Positions 48,534-58,809 of a stretch of DNA of 64,000 bases are shown piece after piece. The stretch is from a candidate division WWE3 bacterium (lineage in GTDB: Bacteria; Patescibacteriota; WWE3; UBA101185; UBA10185): the NCBI GenBank assembly GCA_014729135.1, contig WJKK01000001.1, positions 64,593-128,592 on the forward strand. The letters run 5' to 3'. Under the pieces are notes generated by a model. It was not told the origin of the DNA. It saw only the letters and a program-made list of their open reading frames with translations, and did not search any database. How positions within the stretch are numbered: position 1 is the stretch's first letter; each line of letters starts with the position of its first letter. The translations under genes were made by a program, and so were the position numbers.

Positions 48534-49622
48534 ATGTACATCCCCGAATACACCATTACTAATAAAACCCTCCAAAATATAACCGTCATTGAATACTTAA
48601 AGGCTGTGGCTGAAACCAAAGTCATCCTACCCTCCTGGGAAAAAAACCTCAAAAAAGAAGCGCAGGTGCAATTTATAAAAAACAATTTGAATCTTTTAGG
48701 AATTAGAACCGATGTTAAGGAAATTAAGAAGTATCTGGATGGATTGGTTAAAAAGCCCGCAGAGCTGGTTGAAAACATCAAAAAGAGTATGGATTATGTG
48801 CAAATTCTAGTTCAAAGCCCTGAAATAGGGGAAGAAGACTTGCGAGTGCTTTATGGGATTTTGTTGGGGCAGGTACTGGAGGGGGGAACACAAGATACTC
48901 CTGCGAAGGTCACGAAAATGTATAGGGAAACTCCTGTGGAGAACAAGCCAAATCCGGAAGAGCTTCTGGCAGAAACCGTGGGCCTTTTTGACTGGCTAAA
49001 CAGTCTTGACGGGCGGGAGACGCATCCGTTGATAAAGGCGGCAATTGTGAAGGCAAGATTTACGCAGTTAATGCCTCTGAAAAATTATAATGAGTTAATG
49101 GGAAATTTGCTGGCTTTTTATGTTTTAAGTACAGGAAAGTATGGAATTAAGAATTTTGCTCATTTGGAGGTGGCTTATGCGGAGGATGCTGCGGGTTATA
49201 GGGAAGCGCAAAAGGATCTGGCGATAACTTGGACGGTGCGGGAAAACTCTGCGGAAACTCCGGAAAATTTGGATGCGGGAACTGTTCCGGAAGAGGAGGA
49301 TTTAACTCCTTGGATTGACTTTTATATAAGCGCGATGGCCTCTAAGGCGGCTTCTATTAAGGAGGAAATTTTGCTGCTGTCAAAGGATACAAAGATTGCA
49401 ACGGCAACGGGAAGGGCTAAGCTTTCTAAGCGTCAGGAGAGGATTATTCGGTATTTGCAGGATTATGGGATGTTGCAGAATAAGGATTTTGGACGTTTGT
49501 TTCCGGAGATTTCGGAGGATACGGTTTTGAGGGAGTTGAAGAAGTTGATAAAGAAGGATTTGGTTGTTAAACGGGGCCGTACAAAGTCTTCGCGCTATGA
49601 GTTGAAGCAGGAGGGTTTGTAA
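48534..49622 (+). CDS. Fic/Doc-fold protein with a degenerate active-site motif
   Basis: THPLIKAAIVKARFTQLMPLKNYNELMGNLLAFYVL aligns to the Fic core hPl..A...H..f..IHPF.DGNGR..R, but the H-P-F-x-D-G-N-G-R residues are replaced (MPLKNYNELMGN). C-terminal wHTH-like region. Confidence 0.55.
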   Translation: MYIPEYTITNKTLQNITVIEYLKAVAETKVILPSWEKNLKKEAQVQFIKNNLNLLGIRTDVKEIKKYLDGLVKKPAELVENIKKSMDYVQILVQSPEIGEEDLRVLYGILLGQVLEGGTQDTPAKVTKMYRETPVENKPNPEELLAETVGLFDWLNSLDGRETHPLIKAAIVKARFTQLMPLKNYNELMGNLLAFYVLSTGKYGIKNFAHLEVAYAEDAAGYREAQKDLAITWTVRENSAETPENLDAGTVPEEEDLTPWIDFYISAMASKAASIKEEILLLSKDTKIATATGRAKLSKRQERIIRYLQDYGMLQNKDFGRLFPEISEDTVLRELKKLIKKDLVVKRGRTKSSRYELKQEGL

Positions 49623-49822
49623 AGGGACAGTCCTCTTAAAGGACTGTCCCCTTTTGAAATCCTAGTTTAACTAGAATATGGAAAATCAATCCAACGCTTA
49701 CTTTGAGCCTTAGGTAGGATTTTTTATTACAAAAAAACCGTATAGTAATTTCTATTTATAGTGGATTTACTGAAGCAAAATTAGAAAGGACTGTCCTCGT
49801 GGAGGACTGTCCCTATTTCTTG
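49621..49822. mobile_element. Second MITE-like composite element (A-B ... B'-A)
   Basis: Left end gggacagtcctcttaaaggactgtcccc + tcctagtttaactagaa. Right end degenerate B (ttctatttatagtgga) + aggactgtcctcgtggaggactgtccc. Lies between the fic-like gene and the DUF4870 gene. Confidence 0.45.
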
Positions 49823-49896
49823 CCCCTATTTCCCTAAACCGGAAGTTGCAAGAAATGGCGTAAAAAAGTATCATAAAAACAGAAACAAGCAATTCC

Positions 49897-50253
49897 ATGA
49901 ACAACACCGCCCAATCAACAAACACAAACGAAAAACCTTACCAAATGGAACCAAACATCGAAGCAGCTCTCAGCTACCTTCCTCTTGTAGGCATCGCTAT
50001 CCTCTTAATGGAAAAGGAAAACAAATTCGTTCGCTTTCATGCCTTTCAATCCATATTCTTTTGGATAGCCTCATTTGCAATCTACAGCATGTTCTTTTCC
50101 CTGCGCATTTTACTCATAGGATTTTTCCTAACCCCTCTTGTAAACATTGCCATAACAATAACTTGGTTGTGGCTTGTTTGGAAAGCCTACAACAAAAGCA
50201 AACCGGAGCTTCCAGTTATTGGAAAGTTAGCGCAAGAACGAGTTGACAAATAG
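49897..50253 (+). CDS. DUF4870-type small membrane protein
   Basis: SYLPLVGIAILLMEKENKFVRFHAFQSIFFWIA matches the DUF4870 signature; 3 TM helices. Confidence 0.6.
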   Translation: MNNTAQSTNTNEKPYQMEPNIEAALSYLPLVGIAILLMEKENKFVRFHAFQSIFFWIASFAIYSMFFSLRILLIGFFLTPLVNIAITITWLWLVWKAYNKSKPELPVIGKLAQERVDK

Positions 50254-50264
50254 ACTGCCAAAAT

Positions 50265-50570
50265 ATGCAAAACATTGCTGACATTTTGGACAAGAAAGAT
50301 ATCGAAGGCGATTCTAGAAATAAGTACGAGTTTCAGGCTTATGGAAATCGCTTAGCGGAGGAGTTTGGAGACCCACAGCATCGCTCCTTGTATATTAAGC
50401 TGGCTAAAGAAGAGGATCGGTCTTTAGTGGAGCGGGCACGTGAATTTGTTCTAAGATCAGAAAATGCTACTACTAAAGGGAGACTTTTTATGTGGAAGCT
50501 TTCGGAGTTGAAGAAGGAGCGGAAGCAAAAGAAAAAGAGAAAAACTTCTGATGAGAACGAAACAGATTAG
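50265..50570 (+). CDS. Hypothetical charged protein
   Basis: ORF only; Lys/Glu-rich C-terminus. Confidence 0.35.
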   Translation: MQNIADILDKKDIEGDSRNKYEFQAYGNRLAEEFGDPQHRSLYIKLAKEEDRSLVERAREFVLRSENATTKGRLFMWKLSELKKERKQKKKRKTSDENETD

Positions 50571-50635
50571 CTGGTGAAGTTTTAGAGCTTGCGCAAAATC
50601 GGTATTAATAAAGTACAAAAGAAAACTATAGGAAT

Positions 50636-51193
50636 ATGAAAGAAAAATTATTAGGAAAGATTTTTAAAATATATAAGCTACCTCTTTTAGTCTCCTTAAC
50701 TGTCTTTATAGTAATAACAGCCCTTGCGGTACTAAAGGAACCTTTAGAAATAGGGGTGGTATTTCTAGGAAGCCTTCTGGGAACGTTCTTTTTGGACTTA
50801 GACTACATTATATACGCCTATTTCACTGATATGAGTACAGACTTTTCTCGAACTTTAAGAGGATTCTTTAAACATAACGATTACAGCAATGCCGTGTCCT
50901 ACATCTACTACAATAAAGACAAGGTAAAGGAAAAGACGTTGCAGAGTATTTTGTTTCAAATTGTCATAGGTGCTTTTAGCATTTTTATGGTTTTCTCTCC
51001 TATAAACTATTTCGCAAAAGCCGTAGTAATATCGGTCTACGTGAACTCGCTTTATAGGTTGGCAGAAAGATACGCAAAACACGACACAAACGACTGGTTT
51101 TGGATGCTAAAAGACAAACCATCCGAAAAAAACGTGAAAATATATTTGGCAGTACATGTCATAACTTTTCTGGTTGTCATTCAGTTTCTATAA
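50636..51193 (+). CDS. Hypothetical membrane protein
   Basis: Four to five predicted TM helices. Confidence 0.45.
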   Translation: MKEKLLGKIFKIYKLPLLVSLTVFIVITALAVLKEPLEIGVVFLGSLLGTFFLDLDYIIYAYFTDMSTDFSRTLRGFFKHNDYSNAVSYIYYNKDKVKEKTLQSILFQIVIGAFSIFMVFSPINYFAKAVVISVYVNSLYRLAERYAKHDTNDWFWMLKDKPSEKNVKIYLAVHVITFLVVIQFL

Positions 51194-51312
51194 GTGCTAA
51201 CTTTTCAGACTTTTTTAACACTTCTCTTGAGTTTAACACTTCTCTTGAGTTTTTTCCTCTATCTAAAGGGTAGCAACAAATTATTAAAAGAGTATTAACC
51301 TAAAATTATAAA

Positions 51313-52089
51313 ATGGCACTTTATGGAATCTTAATTAGCCTGGGAGCACTTCTTGCCTTCTTTATAGGGGAGAAGGCTGTTAAAAAAAGAAATCTCCCGC
51401 TGACAACTTACTATCACGCCGTCAACGGAGCCCTTATTGGAGGACTTGTTGGTGGCAGGCTTTATCACATCCTGGACTACTGGAGTCTTTACAGCAGGAA
51501 CCCCTTACTAATTTTACAGGTGTGGAAGGGTGGAATGGGGATCTTTGGCGCCTTATTTGGTGGAGTTATAGGAATTGGCTTAATTCTGTTTCTAGCTGCA
51601 AAGAAAAAATGCGAAGAAACCCTAACAAGCGGATTCCTCCTAAAATGGTTGGACATCTTTGCTTTGGGAGTCCCTTTAATACAGGCAATTGGAAGATGGG
51701 GAAATTTTTTTAATCACGAACTCTATGGAAAAGAGACAAATTTATCTTGGGGACTAGCTTTCGAAGGCAAACGCTATCATCCCCTGTTTCTTTATGAGTC
51801 TATTGCAAACTTTGCTTTGTTTTTGATCCTGCTAGAAATTGAAAGATCTTGGAGTCCCGAAAATCCTACTAAACAAGATAACCAAACCGCAACTACGTTT
51901 AAATCGGGAACTATCTTTTTCACTTATTTAACGGGATACGGGCTAATCAGGTTTTTCCTGGAGTTTCTTAGGCTACGCTCCTGGACTTTACATGGAATAA
52001 ATGTCGCCCAAACTATTTCACTACTTTTCATTCTTACAGGAATCTACAACCTAAGGAAAAGAAGGATCCTCCTTCGGGAAAACAACTAA
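51313..52089 (+). CDS. lgt: Prolipoprotein diacylglyceryl transferase
   Basis: Lgt signature GRWGNFFNHELYG; multi-TM. Confidence 0.8.
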   Translation: MALYGILISLGALLAFFIGEKAVKKRNLPLTTYYHAVNGALIGGLVGGRLYHILDYWSLYSRNPLLILQVWKGGMGIFGALFGGVIGIGLILFLAAKKKCEETLTSGFLLKWLDIFALGVPLIQAIGRWGNFFNHELYGKETNLSWGLAFEGKRYHPLFLYESIANFALFLILLEIERSWSPENPTKQDNQTATTFKSGTIFFTYLTGYGLIRFFLEFLRLRSWTLHGINVAQTISLLFILTGIYNLRKRRILLRENN

Positions 52090-52243
52090 AATCCCTTTGC
52101 CAAAGCACGGGAATAGAAAACTAATAAGGATAATCCTTAATCAAGAGCGCTAAAATGGCTCTATAAAAGGGAGATCCCAGAAAAACACAAGGATTATCCT
52201 TACTAAAACTCTCAAAAATCAAAAGCATGATAGGATTTAAACA

Positions 52244-52687
52244 ATGAAAGTTTACATGGCAGCAGATCATGCAGGGTTTGAGCTAAAAGAGCATCTAAAA
52301 AAATACTTACATGAAGAAGGATACGCTGTGATAGATAATGGTCCCAAAGAGTACGACAAACAGGACGATTATCCCCTAACAACAGAAAAAACAATCAAAC
52401 ATATTGACGCTAATCCCCAGGAACGTGCTGTTCTAATCTGCAAAAACGGCGTGGGAGTTACAATTTTTGCAAACAAATTTAAACGAGTTAGAGCAGGGCT
52501 TTCATGGACTCCCCATCATGCCAAATCGCATAAGCTGGACGATCACACCAACATCCTTACGCTTCCGGCTGCTTACATCACCCCTCAAAAAGCTGTTGAA
52601 ATTACGCTTGCCTGGCTGCAAACTTTGCCCAGTGCAGAACCTCGCCATGAAAGAAGAATCCGTCAAATTGAAGAGCTTAGTGCTTAA
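52244..52687 (+). CDS. rpiB: Ribose-5-phosphate isomerase B (RpiB/LacAB family)
   Basis: MKVYMAADHAGFELK...LICKNGVGVTI. Confidence 0.85.
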   Translation: MKVYMAADHAGFELKEHLKKYLHEEGYAVIDNGPKEYDKQDDYPLTTEKTIKHIDANPQERAVLICKNGVGVTIFANKFKRVRAGLSWTPHHAKSHKLDDHTNILTLPAAYITPQKAVEITLAWLQTLPSAEPRHERRIRQIEELSA

Positions 52688-52693
52688 ACTTTT

Positions 52694-53443
52694 ATGATTA
52701 TTCCCACCATTCTGGAGAAAAACCTGGAAACGCTTGAGAAGAGGTTGCAAAAAACTGTTCCATTTTCTCCCGTTGTAGAGGTCGATTTGGCAGACGGTAA
52801 ACTTTTTGATGGAAAAACCTATCCGGATTTGAAAATAATTGTTAACTCCTACACAAGAATGGTTGCTGAGCTGACTAAAACCTCTGCTGAGCGGAATCAT
52901 GGAGAGCAAAGGAGATCACAAAAGCCCTCACACACTCGGAAGAATCCCACACCTCTACTAGACATCCACCTAATGGTCAAAGACCCCTTCCCCTACTTGG
53001 AAATCAACGCCAAAGGAATAATCCATAAAATAAGTGCTCATGTGGAAGCTCCTATAAACATGGCTAAGTGGCTGGAAGAGGCTAAACAAAAAAGCTACAA
53101 AGCAGGAATAGCAATAGCTCCCAAAACTCCCCTGAAAAAACTGGAAAATCTTGTTTCACAGGCAGATTATGTGCAATTTCTTACAATCACCCCCGGAAAA
53201 CAAGGGCAACCCTTTCAGCCACAAGTCCTGGAAACAATTAAAACCTTCCGCAAAAGTCATCCGCAAAAGGAAATCCAAGTGGATGGAGGCGTCAAAAAAC
53301 ACAACATTAAAGACGTATTGCAAGCAGGTGTAAATAATGTTGTAATTGGTTCTGCTATTGTTAGAGCAGAAAATCCGCAGGAGGCTTATGAGGATTTTGT
53401 TAAAATCGAAAGGGAGTTTCATGAAGCGCAAACCCAAATTTAA
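52694..53443 (+). CDS. rpe: Ribulose-phosphate 3-epimerase (with an internal insertion)
   Basis: DIHLMV, VDGGV...AGVNNVVIGSAI. Confidence 0.7.
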   Translation: MIIPTILEKNLETLEKRLQKTVPFSPVVEVDLADGKLFDGKTYPDLKIIVNSYTRMVAELTKTSAERNHGEQRRSQKPSHTRKNPTPLLDIHLMVKDPFPYLEINAKGIIHKISAHVEAPINMAKWLEEAKQKSYKAGIAIAPKTPLKKLENLVSQADYVQFLTITPGKQGQPFQPQVLETIKTFRKSHPQKEIQVDGGVKKHNIKDVLQAGVNNVVIGSAIVRAENPQEAYEDFVKIEREFHEAQTQI

Positions 53444-53527
53444 GGGAGTCCCTATCAACCGAAAAAGCTTTTAACAACTGCAGGAAAAACAAAAAACGCA
53501 AAAGACAATAATCAAACAAAAACAAAC

Positions 53528-54154
53528 ATGCCCAAATCCAAAAAAATAAAAAATAAAATCAAAAAAATCGCCTTCCTTGGAGGCTCCTCCTGGAAAAAAG
53601 AAGACAAACCCTATAAGGACGCCTACAAAACCGCCAGACTCCTTGCTGAAAACGGCTATGAAATTGTTAATGGAGGGGGTCCCGGAATCATGCGGGCAGC
53701 AACACGAGGCGGTAAGGCTGGCGGAGGAGAAGTTTTAGCTATTACATATCACCCCAATAAAAAGAAGAAAAACTATGAAGGGATCGATTCGGGGAACAAC
53801 TTTGACGAGGAAATTATTACTTTAGACTATTTTGATCGCACAAAAGTGATGCTGCAGAATTCTGATGTGCATATTGTTTTTAACGGGAGCACGGGAACAA
53901 TTAGCGAATTTGGTATGACGTGGGCAAGTTCGCGCATTCATGAGGGAAATCATAAGCCTATTGTTTTGTTTGGAGCTTTTTGGGAAGAAATTTTAGAGGT
54001 TATCCGCAAAAATATGTTGATGCGCCCGGGTGAGGTGGAGTTACTGAAGGTCTGCACTAAACCGGAGGAGGTTTTGGAGTTTGTGGAGAGTGTGGAAGGT
54101 AAATCAACTGACCCACCGGAAAAGAATAAGGAACAGATTAACTCCTTAACATAA
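53528..54154 (+). CDS. LOG-family protein (TIGR00730 Rossmann fold; lysine decarboxylase-like)
   Basis: IAFLGGSS...GYEIVNGGGPGIMRAATRGGKAGGGEVLAI. Confidence 0.8.
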   Translation: MPKSKKIKNKIKKIAFLGGSSWKKEDKPYKDAYKTARLLAENGYEIVNGGGPGIMRAATRGGKAGGGEVLAITYHPNKKKKNYEGIDSGNNFDEEIITLDYFDRTKVMLQNSDVHIVFNGSTGTISEFGMTWASSRIHEGNHKPIVLFGAFWEEILEVIRKNMLMRPGEVELLKVCTKPEEVLEFVESVEGKSTDPPEKNKEQINSLT

Positions 54155-54185
54155 AACTCTTCTAAAAAGCGGTGTTATACTTAAC

Positions 54186-55133
54186 ATGATGTCACTGCCC
54201 AAAAGTACAGGAACAGCCAAAACCGTTAAACAAAACCAGCGAAGAGTCACCTACACAAAAGCAGGTCTGCAAAAAATCGCCCATGAGCTTCGCATTGATG
54301 TCCTAAAAATGCTCGAAAAAGCAAAATCCGGACACCCCGCAAGCGCCCTAGGAACAGCCGAGATCTTCTCCGTTTTATACTGGGACTACCTCAACATCAG
54401 CCCGCAAAACGCCCAAGACCCCTCCCGCGATAAATTCATCCTCTCTAACGGCCACATCTGCCCCATTTTATACGCCACCTTAGCAAAAAAAGGATTCTTC
54501 CCGGAAACCGAATTAAACTCCCTCAGAAAAATAAACGCCCTGCTGCAAGGGCATCCCGACAGAAACATCCCCGGAATAGAAACAACAGCAGGATCGCTAG
54601 GCCAAGGATTATCCCTAGCAACAGGCATAGCGCTAACCCAAAAAATAGAAGCCGATACCGCAAACACTGCCGGCAACACCGCCACCACCACAAAAGTCAT
54701 AGTCATGACAAGCGACGGAGAGCTCAACGAAGGCCAAACCTGGGAAGCAGCAATGTACGCACCCCGCCACTCCCATACGCCCAAGTACACCTTAGACAAC
54801 TTAACTTGGATAATCGACCGCAACAACATTCAAATTAGCGGGCACACAAATGAAGTTTTGCCCCTAGAAAACCTCCGAGAAAAACTGGAAAGCTTTAACT
54901 GGTACGTCCTGGAAATTGATGGCCACAACATTTCCGAAATTCAAGGAGCACTAAAAATGGCCGAAAACATAACATCGCGTCCAACTGTTATAATTGCACA
55001 TACGATTCCCGGAAAAGGCGTGGACTTCATGGAAAAAGATCCGAAATGGCATGGTAAAGCTCCTAACCGAGAGCAAATGCAAGACGCAGTTGCACAAATT
55101 AAAAATTTATTAAAAAATATTAAGGATTATTAA
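54186..55133 (+). CDS. Transketolase, N-terminal (TPP-binding) subunit of a split enzyme
   Basis: HPASALGTAEIFSVLY...ILSNGH...GSLGQGLSLATGIAL. Confidence 0.85.
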   Translation: MMSLPKSTGTAKTVKQNQRRVTYTKAGLQKIAHELRIDVLKMLEKAKSGHPASALGTAEIFSVLYWDYLNISPQNAQDPSRDKFILSNGHICPILYATLAKKGFFPETELNSLRKINALLQGHPDRNIPGIETTAGSLGQGLSLATGIALTQKIEADTANTAGNTATTTKVIVMTSDGELNEGQTWEAAMYAPRHSHTPKYTLDNLTWIIDRNNIQISGHTNEVLPLENLREKLESFNWYVLEIDGHNISEIQGALKMAENITSRPTVIIAHTIPGKGVDFMEKDPKWHGKAPNREQMQDAVAQIKNLLKNIKDY

Positions 55134-55163
55134 ACCGCCATTAAGGCCACTAAACACAAAAAT

Positions 55164-55715
55164 ATGAAATCAATAAAGCTTCACATCAACTTAATTCCCC
55201 TATTAATAATTTTGTTCCTCATTGGAGGCGCCGGTTACTTTTTGTTTGGCCAGGATTTGGAAATTCCTATAGAGGATCGCAAAACTAAAATTACCCGTAT
55301 TGAAGGCTTTCCTAGAATGATGTATGTGGATGAGGAGCGTGAAAAGATTCATCGGGTTTTGAAGTCGGAGGAAGAGTTGAATGAGTTTTTAAATGAGGTG
55401 GATCCGGAGGGGCGTCTGGAGTTTAATGAGGATGTTAATTTTGACCGCAACTATTTGATTGGCACAACAACAGATACTCTTGAGGGCGAAAATCACGAGT
55501 ATAAGATCCGCAAGATTTACAAGGATACGGATGATCAGACTTTGACTATTTCAAGGGAGCGTGTGGATCCGGATGAGGATTGTGAGCTTGATGGTGGTAA
55601 GAACATTTGGATTGATATCGTTAAGATTAATAAAACTGATTGGAAAATAGATTTTGAACTCGTAAAAAAGATACTGCCCTGTGACGAGGAAATCAACGAA
55701 ACAACTGAAGAGTAA
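55164..55715 (+). CDS. Hypothetical membrane-anchored acidic protein inserted between the two transketolase halves
   Basis: N-terminal TM (LIPLLIILFLIGGAGYFLF); no known motifs. Its 3' end overlaps the transketolase C-subunit start by ~35 nt. Confidence 0.5.
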   Translation: MKSIKLHINLIPLLIILFLIGGAGYFLFGQDLEIPIEDRKTKITRIEGFPRMMYVDEEREKIHRVLKSEEELNEFLNEVDPEGRLEFNEDVNFDRNYLIGTTTDTLEGENHEYKIRKIYKDTDDQTLTISRERVDPDEDCELDGGKNIWIDIVKINKTDWKIDFELVKKILPCDEEINETTEE

Positions 55716-56670
55716 GTCAACCCGAGACGCTTTTGGTGAAGTGCTTCCGGAGTTGGCGGAGAAAATTCCCGAACTTGTTGTTTTAACCGCCGATTTAGCG
55801 GACTCCACCAGAGTAACCGGCTTTGCGGAAAAATACCCTAAACGCTTCTTTCAAATAGGAGTTGCTGAACAAAACATGGCCTCGCTGGCTGTGGGAATGT
55901 CTTTAGCAGGAAAAATTCCGGTGATAACCTCCTTTGGAGTCTTTTCGCCCGCTAAAAATTGGGATCAAATTAGGGTGGGTGTGTGCATGAATGAGGCTAA
56001 CGTTAAGATCGTTTCAACGCATTGCGGAATTAACGTGGGTGAGGATGGCGCTACTCATCAGGCTTTGGAGGATATTGCTTTGATGCGCGTTTTGCCGGGT
56101 ATGAAGGTTTTTTCTCCTGTGGATTTCGAAGAAACTAAGGAGGTGGTGAGGGCTGCTTTTTTGGAGGAGGGCCCAGCATATGTGAGGTTAACACGTGCAA
56201 AAACTCCTGTGTTAGAGGAGGCTTCTGCAAAAGGAAGTAAGAATTTCAAAGTTGGCTCCCCTTATGTCTTGGAAGAGGGTACTAAAGTAGCCCTTGTAGG
56301 TACGGGACCAATCCTAACGGAGGGACTTTTTCCCGCGCGGGAAATTAACGAAAAGTATCCCGAGAGCATAAAAGTTGTGAATATTCCTACAATTAAACCC
56401 TTGGATGTGAAAAAGTTTTTAGGCACTCTAGAAGGAATTTCTCATGTTGTAACTTTGGAAGAGCATCAAATAACGGGAGGGTTGGGGAGTTTGGTAAGTG
56501 AGATTCTTTCAATGGAGGGGCTGCAAAAACCACGAAAGATAGTTAGAATGGGAATGCAGGATACATTTGGGGAATCAGGAAGTTATGAGGATTTAAAGAA
56601 AAAGTTCGGCTTAGATAGTGAGAGTATTAAAAAAGTTTTACTGAAAGAACTTAAAGAAGCAGGAATTTAA
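55681..56670 (+). CDS. Transketolase, C-terminal (Pyr + C-terminal domain) subunit
   Basis: TRDAFGEVLPEL...VVLTADLADST...GVAEQNMASLAVGMSLAG. Confidence 0.85.
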   Translation: MTRKSTKQLKSKSTRDAFGEVLPELAEKIPELVVLTADLADSTRVTGFAEKYPKRFFQIGVAEQNMASLAVGMSLAGKIPVITSFGVFSPAKNWDQIRVGVCMNEANVKIVSTHCGINVGEDGATHQALEDIALMRVLPGMKVFSPVDFEETKEVVRAAFLEEGPAYVRLTRAKTPVLEEASAKGSKNFKVGSPYVLEEGTKVALVGTGPILTEGLFPAREINEKYPESIKVVNIPTIKPLDVKKFLGTLEGISHVVTLEEHQITGGLGSLVSEILSMEGLQKPRKIVRMGMQDTFGESGSYEDLKKKFGLDSESIKKVLLKELKEAGI

Positions 56671-56674
56671 AAAA

Positions 56675-57640
56675 ATGAATCAGGAAAAACAACAACTGGA
56701 CCTTTTAACAATAGGAGACACCTCCATAGACCTCTTCATGAAAATCGATGAAAACTTCGTGTGGGACGTTTATCCCGACACCGAAGAGGACCTCTGCTTT
56801 CATCACGGGAGCAAGATCCCCGTAAACTCCTTTGAAACTTCGATTGCCGGAAACTCCTGTAACGTTGCCGTGGGAGCCACAAAACTAGGCCTAAAAACTG
56901 CCATCTACACAGAGCTTGGCGACGACTCCAACGGGGAACGCGTAATTCGTGAACTGCAGCAAAAAGGCGTAATCACCAACTACTGTATTAAAAACAAAGG
57001 AACCCCGACAAACGTGCACTCTATTATTGTTTATGCCGGCGACAGAACGATCTTTTCCTATCATGAACCTAGAGATTACAAGCTTTACTCCTGGCCGAAA
57101 CCTAAATGGATCTTTTATTCCTCGTTGGCAAAGGGATTTGATAGTTTTCAGGAGGAATTAGTGCAGTATGCAAAGGATAATCCGGAAATTGGGGTGGCGT
57201 TTAATCCGGGAAGCCAGCAGCTTCGGGAAGGGGTGGAGACGCTAAAAAATGCTTTGGAAATTGCGGATGTTTTGTTTGTAAATAAGCAGGAAGCGCAGGA
57301 TTTGGCGCAGTCAAAGGAGGAGGGTTTGGAAAAGTTGCATGGGATGTTGCAGGAGTTGGGGCCTAAAGTGACGGTTATCACACTGGGAGATGAAGGATCT
57401 ACAGCTCATGACGGGACTAAGATGGTTACGGAGGGTATTTATGAGAAGGATGCCAAGATTATGGATAAAACGGGAGCCGGTGACTCTTATGCTACAGGAT
57501 TTATTGCAGCCCTGCATTATAAAAAGCCTTTAAAGACTGCTATGAAGTGGGGAGCAGCTAATTCTTCGCATGTTATTCGTAAGATTGGGGCCATTAAAGG
57601 GCTACTAAACAAAACTCAAATTGAAAATCTTGTTAAGTAA
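56675..57640 (+). CDS. PfkB-family carbohydrate/nucleoside kinase (ribokinase-like)
   Basis: C-terminal DKTGAGDSYATGFIAAL (the PfkB motif). Confidence 0.8.
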   Translation: MNQEKQQLDLLTIGDTSIDLFMKIDENFVWDVYPDTEEDLCFHHGSKIPVNSFETSIAGNSCNVAVGATKLGLKTAIYTELGDDSNGERVIRELQQKGVITNYCIKNKGTPTNVHSIIVYAGDRTIFSYHEPRDYKLYSWPKPKWIFYSSLAKGFDSFQEELVQYAKDNPEIGVAFNPGSQQLREGVETLKNALEIADVLFVNKQEAQDLAQSKEEGLEKLHGMLQELGPKVTVITLGDEGSTAHDGTKMVTEGIYEKDAKIMDKTGAGDSYATGFIAALHYKKPLKTAMKWGAANSSHVIRKIGAIKGLLNKTQIENLVK

Positions 57641-57806
57641 GGATAATCCTTTCAAAATCTTGGTAAAATGTCTTACCTAGAGTCATTAAAAGAAACCCAA
57701 CAGGGATTGTCCTTGTCTAAATGTCTCGAAACTCCGCAAACAAAGCAAATTTGGCAAAAAATGCAAGGATCATCCTTACTCGAAAATGTGCTAACATAAA
57801 CTCAAC

Positions 57807-58754
57807 ATGAAAGTACTAATCACACGAAAAATCCCCGACGCAGGCATTAGATTGTTAAAAGAACATCCGGAACTGGAACTCGACTACAGACAAGGCGCTC
57901 CCCTCTCAAAGGAAGAACTCATCAAAGCAATCAAAGACGCCGATGCAATCATCCCTGTAATCCCCGATCAAATAGACGCCGACATCATAAACGCAGCCGA
58001 CAACTTGAAACTCATTGCCACCTACTCCGTTGGATACGACCACATCAACCTGGAAGCAGCAAAATCAAAAAGCGTCTACGTTTCCAACACACCCGGAGAC
58101 CTAACCGAATCCGTTGCAGAGCACACCATAGCTCTCATGATGGCCGTGGGGAAAAAGATAGTCCAGGGCGACAAATACGTTAGAGAAGGCAACTACAATT
58201 ATTGGGATCCTATGCTTTATTTAGGGCCTCAGTTTATGGGCAAGACGTTGGGAATTGTGGGATTCGGCAGGATTGGCCAACACGTAGCTGACATTGCTAG
58301 AGATGGCTTTAACATGCGCATAGTTTATTCGGATCCTAAGGTGATCCCAAATAGCGGGGCAGAACGACTCTCCTTGGAGGAGCTTTTGGAAACTTCGGAC
58401 GTGATTTCCCTAAACTGCAATCTTTGCCCTGCCACGCATCACTTAATTGACGAGGCGCAGCTTAAGATGATGAAACCGACAGCTATCTTGATTAATACGG
58501 CAAGAGGTCCGGTGATTAATGAGAAGGCTTTAATGAGGGCGTTAGAAGAGGAGTGGATTGAGGGCGCCGGCCTGGATGTGTTTGAGGAGGAGCCAAATGT
58601 TCCGGAGGAGTTGCGCGATTTGAAGAATGTAGTTTTAACTCCGCATATTGCAAGCGCTACCAGGGAGGCAAGAATTGAGATGGCTACTATGGCGGCTAAG
58701 AATGTGATTGAGGTGCTTGTTAATGGAAATGAGCCTGTTAATAAGGTGGCCTAA
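57807..58754 (+). CDS. D-isomer-specific 2-hydroxyacid dehydrogenase (glycerate / hydroxypyruvate reductase-like)
   Basis: NAD-binding GIVGFGRIGQHVA and a catalytic R...E...H arrangement. Confidence 0.85.
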   Translation: MKVLITRKIPDAGIRLLKEHPELELDYRQGAPLSKEELIKAIKDADAIIPVIPDQIDADIINAADNLKLIATYSVGYDHINLEAAKSKSVYVSNTPGDLTESVAEHTIALMMAVGKKIVQGDKYVREGNYNYWDPMLYLGPQFMGKTLGIVGFGRIGQHVADIARDGFNMRIVYSDPKVIPNSGAERLSLEELLETSDVISLNCNLCPATHHLIDEAQLKMMKPTAILINTARGPVINEKALMRALEEEWIEGAGLDVFEEEPNVPEELRDLKNVVLTPHIASATREARIEMATMAAKNVIEVLVNGNEPVNKVA

Positions 58755-58809
58755 GTAGATATCTACGGCAGCAGTTTTTTACAAGGGGCATACTCAAAAA
58801 CAAACAAAA

